From Betaproteobacteria bacterium Ga0077527 (lineage in GTDB: Bacteria > Pseudomonadota > Gammaproteobacteria > Burkholderiales > SG8-41), in NCBI GenBank assembly GCA_001464815.1, contig LNDW01000024.1, positions 4,712 to 68,711 on the forward strand: 64,000 nucleotides of DNA, in the 5' to 3' direction. Position numbers and translations under genes: made by a program. Positions 60,621 to 64,000 of this stretch are shown piece by piece. The notes beneath the pieces were generated by a model. The model saw nothing but the letters and a program-made list of their open reading frames with translations, was not told the DNA's origin and searched no databases. Numbering within the stretch: the stretch's first letter is position 1; every line of letters begins with the position of its first letter.

Positions 60621-62156
60621 TTAGTAACTCGTCGGCCAGCTGCGCATCAGGTGCTGTCCGACACCCTTGCTCATGCGCAACTTGTAGACGTCGAGCATGC
60701 GGATCAGGTAGTCACGGGTGTCCTGCGGCTTGATCACTGATTGCGCGGCATACACAGCGGCCAGGCCCCAGACATCGGCGCCCTTGCGGATATCGGCCAG
60801 CGCCTCCTCGAAGCCGGGCTCGCCGTGGCCGACGCCATGCACGATCTTGGTGGCGAAGTCCGGGCTCATGAAACTGACCTCGGCGCTGGGCCAGGCCGCC
60901 ACCTCGTCCGAATGCCGTCCACCGCCCATGCAGACATAGGCGCGGCCGTAGCTCTTGCGCACGATCACCGTCAGGTGCGGCACGGTGACCAGGGTCATCG
61001 CATTCATGAAATTCATGATCTTGCCCGGCGCGCCCGCACGTTCGGCCTCGGTGCCGATCTGGAAACCGGGGGTATCCACCAGCATCACGAAGGGGATGTT
61101 GAAGGAGTCGCACATCACGATGAAGTCGACGATCTTGCGGCAGGCGTCGGCATCGAGTGCGCCGCCACGATGCAGCGGATTGTTGGCGATGAGGCCGACC
61201 GACTTGCCGCCGAGCCGCGCCAGCGCGGTGACCGCACTCTTGCCGAAGCGCGGTTTCATCTCGAACAGCGAATCCTTGTCGACCATGCACTTGATGACCC
61301 GCTTCATGTCGTACACCTGGGTGCGGCTCTCGGGCAGGATGTCGAAGACCTTGTGCATGTCTTCGCCGGAACCGGCCGGAACCGGCGCATCTGCCGGTGC
61401 CTCCTTGTGGTGGTTGGGCATGTACGACAGGAATTTCTTGATCTGGTCGAACACCTCTTCCTCGGTGTCGGCAAACTGGTCGATCAGGCCGGTGGTCTCG
61501 GCGTGCAGGCGCCAGCCGCCGAGGTCTTCGGCGGACACTTTTTCACCCAGCGCCATCGACACCAGGCCCGGGCTCGACACCGCCATGATCGCGCTCTTGT
61601 GCATGATCGCGAAATCGGACTGGCACATCAGCCAGGTCGAAGAACCGAAGGACGGGCCGAAGGCCGCCGCCGCGGTCGGCACTTCGCGCAGACGGCGGAA
61701 CTGGGTGTTGTCGTTGCCGAGCAGCAGGCCCATCCCGCGTGAACCCATCGCATCAGGCAGGCGCGCGCCGGTGGATTCACCAATCAGCACCAGCGGCATG
61801 CCGCGCTCGGTCGCAACACGCTTCATGTGTCCGACCTTCTTGCTGTTGGTGGCTGAAGTCGAGGCGCCCTTCACCGTAAAGTCGTTGATCACGGCGCAGA
61901 CATCGCGGCCCTGGATACGGCCAAAGCCGGCAAGCTTGCCGTCGGTCTGGGTTTCGTTCTCTTGCTCCGCATACACACCCGAAGAACCGAACAGCCCGGA
62001 CTCGATGAAAGAACCCGGATCCATCAAATAGTCGATGCGCTGGCGCGCATTCCACACGCCCTTGGCCGTACGTTTGGCGTATTTCTCTTCACCACCTCCG
62101 GCCAGTGCCCTGGCGCGGCGGGCTTCGTATTCCTGCAGCAATGCTTCGTGAGCCAT
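60621..62156 (-). CDS. Acyl-CoA carboxylase carboxyltransferase subunit (beta-type, N+C CT domains), paralog 2
   Basis: Start at MAHEALLQEY (ATG 62156), because the track extension to 62234 runs into the repeat. Propionyl-CoA-carboxylase-beta-like motifs (FTVKGASTSATNSKK, PLVLIGESTGARL). Confidence 0.88.
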   Translation of the reverse strand: MAHEALLQEYEARRARALAGGGEEKYAKRTAKGVWNARQRIDYLMDPGSFIESGLFGSSGVYAEQENETQTDGKLAGFGRIQGRDVCAVINDFTVKGASTSATNSKKVGHMKRVATERGMPLVLIGESTGARLPDAMGSRGMGLLLGNDNTQFRRLREVPTAAAAFGPSFGSSTWLMCQSDFAIMHKSAIMAVSSPGLVSMALGEKVSAEDLGGWRLHAETTGLIDQFADTEEEVFDQIKKFLSYMPNHHKEAPADAPVPAGSGEDMHKVFDILPESRTQVYDMKRVIKCMVDKDSLFEMKPRFGKSAVTALARLGGKSVGLIANNPLHRGGALDADACRKIVDFIVMCDSFNIPFVMLVDTPGFQIGTEAERAGAPGKIMNFMNAMTLVTVPHLTVIVRKSYGRAYVCMGGGRHSDEVAAWPSAEVSFMSPDFATKIVHGVGHGEPGFEEALADIRKGADVWGLAAVYAAQSVIKPQDTRDYLIRMLDVYKLRMSKGVGQHLMRSWPTSY

Positions 62157-62196
62157 GTTGTGCTTTCGGATCAGGTCAAGATCAAGGTCAAAAACT

Positions 62197-62305
62197 TTAG
62201 CCGCAGAGGTCACCGAGAGCACAGAGAACTGCAAAACCTTTTGTGGCGGCTTGCTGTGAACTTTTGCGGTTTTTCTCTGTGTCCTCTGCGACCTCTGTGG
62301 CTGCT
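62197..62305. repeat. CACAGAG-type imperfect palindromic element (about 110 bp) in the CT1-CT2 intercistronic gap
   Basis: Left arm TTAGCCGCAGAGGTCACCGAGAGCACAGAGAA. Right arm TTCTCTGTGTCCTCTGCGACCTCTGTGGCTGC. About 26 of 30 positions are complementary, with a loop of about 45 nt. Confidence 0.75.
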
Positions 62306-62321
62306 TTTAGCTGTTTCGACT

Positions 62322-63890
62322 TCAAGGTCGTACGCCTGCACGCCACTTCGGTCCGAGCTGGCTGGCCAGCCGTCCCTGCATCGCGTCAATGAACTGGCAA
62401 AGATAGGGGCGCGTCTCTCGCGGATCGATCAGGTCTTCGATGGCGAAAGCCTCGGCAGTGCGGAAGGGCGAAGCAAGCTTTTTCAGCTCGGCCTCGATTT
62501 CACGCTCGCGGGCCGCGGGATCGGGCGCGTTTTCGATCTCCTTGCGGTAGGCCGCCTTGACCCCGCCTTCCACCGGCAGCGATCCCCACTCGCCCGAAGG
62601 CCAGGCAATCTTGAAATTTAGCCCGGCGCGGTCGATGAAGCCCCCGCCCGCCACGCCATAACACTTGCGCACGATCACCGTGAACATTGGGACTTTGACG
62701 TTGCCGAGGATGTAGCGCGTGCGCACGCCCTCGCGCAGAATGGCATCGGACTCCGACTCGCGTCCCACCATCAGGCCGGGGATGTCGGCGAAGAGGATGA
62801 TCGGGATATTGAACTGGTCGCACAGCTCGGCGAAGTGGCCCTGCTTGCGCGCCGCCTTGAAGTCCATGATGCCGCCGACCATCGGGTTGCTGGCGATGAT
62901 GCCGACGACCTTGCCGTTCATCCGTGCCAGTCCGGTGATCACCGCCTTGCCGAAGGTGGGCTGGATTTCGAAAAACGAATCACGATCAACAATCAGGCCG
63001 ACCAGCTTTTTCATGTTGTAGGCCTGACGGTTGGAGCGCGGCACGATGCCCGCCAGCGCGTCTTCGCAACGGTCCACCGGATCGCCGCCCATCACCACCG
63101 GCGGCAGTTCCCAGACGTTCTGCGGCATGTACGACAGGAAACGGCGGATCTGGTCGAAGCAGTCCTGCTCGTTCTCGGCGACGTTGTCGATGGTGCCCGC
63201 GGTATCGACCGCGACCCTGGTGCCGCCAAGTTCGTCCTTGTGCAGCTTGTCGCCGAAGGCGCGTTCAACCACGGGCGGCCCGGCGGCGAAAATCTGTCCG
63301 GTGCCTTTCACCATGATCGACCAGTGGGCGAGGATGGCGCGCATTGACGGGCCACCCGCGGTGGTACCCATCACCGCAGACACCACCGGCACCTCGCCCA
63401 GCAGTTCAACCGAACGTTCGATGCCGTCCTGTCCGTAACCAGGCACCACGGTGTAGCCCTTGCGCTTGGCAGTATTGACCGTGCCGCCGGTGCCATCAAT
63501 CAGGTTGATCAGCGGAATGCGGTATTCATGGGCGAGGTCTTCGATGAAGCCGCCCTGCCCACCCTTGCGGCGGTCGCTGCCGAAACCGGTGCCGGCGCGG
63601 ATGGTGTAGTCCTCGCCGCCAATCGCGACCGGACGGCCATTGATCCGGGCAATACCCATGACATAGGGTGCCGGCTCGAAACCCGTCAGTTGGCCCGTCG
63701 CATCGTAAGTTGCCTTGCCGGCCAACTTGCCGACCTCACGAAACGAACCGGCATCAGCCAGTCCGGCGATACGCTCGCGTACCGTCAGCTTGCCGTGGGC
63801 ATGGTGCCTGGCCACTGCATCGACCCCGCCACAGGCCTCTGCCAGCTGGCGGCGGCGTTGCAGTTCTTCGATTTCAGGCATCCAGCTCAT
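62322..63890 (-). CDS. Acyl-CoA carboxylase carboxyltransferase subunit (beta-type), paralog 1
   Basis: 522 aa with GKLTVRERI, GGEDYTIRAGT, PLINLIDGTGG. An AT-rich promoter-like region lies upstream. Confidence 0.88.
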   Translation of the reverse strand: MSWMPEIEELQRRRQLAEACGGVDAVARHHAHGKLTVRERIAGLADAGSFREVGKLAGKATYDATGQLTGFEPAPYVMGIARINGRPVAIGGEDYTIRAGTGFGSDRRKGGQGGFIEDLAHEYRIPLINLIDGTGGTVNTAKRKGYTVVPGYGQDGIERSVELLGEVPVVSAVMGTTAGGPSMRAILAHWSIMVKGTGQIFAAGPPVVERAFGDKLHKDELGGTRVAVDTAGTIDNVAENEQDCFDQIRRFLSYMPQNVWELPPVVMGGDPVDRCEDALAGIVPRSNRQAYNMKKLVGLIVDRDSFFEIQPTFGKAVITGLARMNGKVVGIIASNPMVGGIMDFKAARKQGHFAELCDQFNIPIILFADIPGLMVGRESESDAILREGVRTRYILGNVKVPMFTVIVRKCYGVAGGGFIDRAGLNFKIAWPSGEWGSLPVEGGVKAAYRKEIENAPDPAAREREIEAELKKLASPFRTAEAFAIEDLIDPRETRPYLCQFIDAMQGRLASQLGPKWRAGVRP

Positions 63891-63972
63891 CGGCGCCGGT
63901 ATAAAAATATATGTTTAAAAACAATTATTTATAATGTAAGTGTGTGCCTGCATTGTTATAGATAGCAACCAC

Positions 63973-64000
63973 TCACTCTTCGATGATCGCAACCACCTGG
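63973..64000 (-). CDS. 3' end (9 codons) of an upstream minus-strand gene, ...QVVAIIEE-stop
   Basis: In-frame reading of the last 28 nt ends in TGA at 63975-63973. Too short for any assignment. Confidence 0.25.

Noticed and set aside
60513-62305. Possibility that the CACAGAG repeats form a CRISPR array.
   Set aside because: There are only two elements, 1.6 kb apart and separated by a real gene. Each is an internal palindrome rather than a direct repeat with unique spacers, and no cas genes are present.

Overview
High-GC (roughly two-thirds G+C by eye) chromosomal segment. The gene content and synteny (dusB-fis-purH-purD-hemF, amgK-murU / lptD-surA-pdxA-rsmA, ubiC-ubiA / ubiD, pepP-ubiH-like) point to a beta/gamma-proteobacterium. 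I would guess Rhodocyclales-like, with low confidence. The window is almost entirely tightly packed core housekeeping genes: about 60 CDS, one tRNA-Ala(CGC), and many 1-4 nt start/stop overlaps. I see no integrase, transposase, CRISPR array, prophage or recognisable defence genes. Regions worth a second look: (1) A 12-gene minus-strand cluster (51.8-63.9 kb) combines two full-length carboxyltransferase paralogs, a stand-alone biotin carboxylase, a split ADP-forming acyl-CoA synthetase, an Fe-alcohol dehydrogenase, a beta-hydroxyacid dehydrogenase, a binding protein, a hotdog thioesterase and a HAD hydrolase. It looks like a carboxylation-dependent catabolic module of unknown substrate. Two of its intercistronic gaps hold ~100-bp CACAGAG-type palindromic repeats. 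(2) An AT-rich 18-mer (TTATCAATAAAATCAATG) occurs verbatim inside two unrelated GC-rich genes (purD, murU) and distorts codon and amino-acid usage there. Related copies lie in intergenic DNA, and all match the IHF consensus. (3) A liv-type ABC operon is followed by a sensor histidine kinase and a Hanks-type Ser/Thr kinase fused to two receiver domains. (4) A circularly permuted YpsA/SLOG protein and a beta-CASP nuclease are translationally coupled to bioA. (5) There is a BacNaV-type sodium channel, and the adjacent GDT1/UPF0016 transporter gene has a structured leader. (6) Several orphan exported proteins and a REP-like structured intergenic element are present. Nothing here can be called a novel system from sequence alone. 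All functional calls are motif and family recognition by eye, with no searches run.
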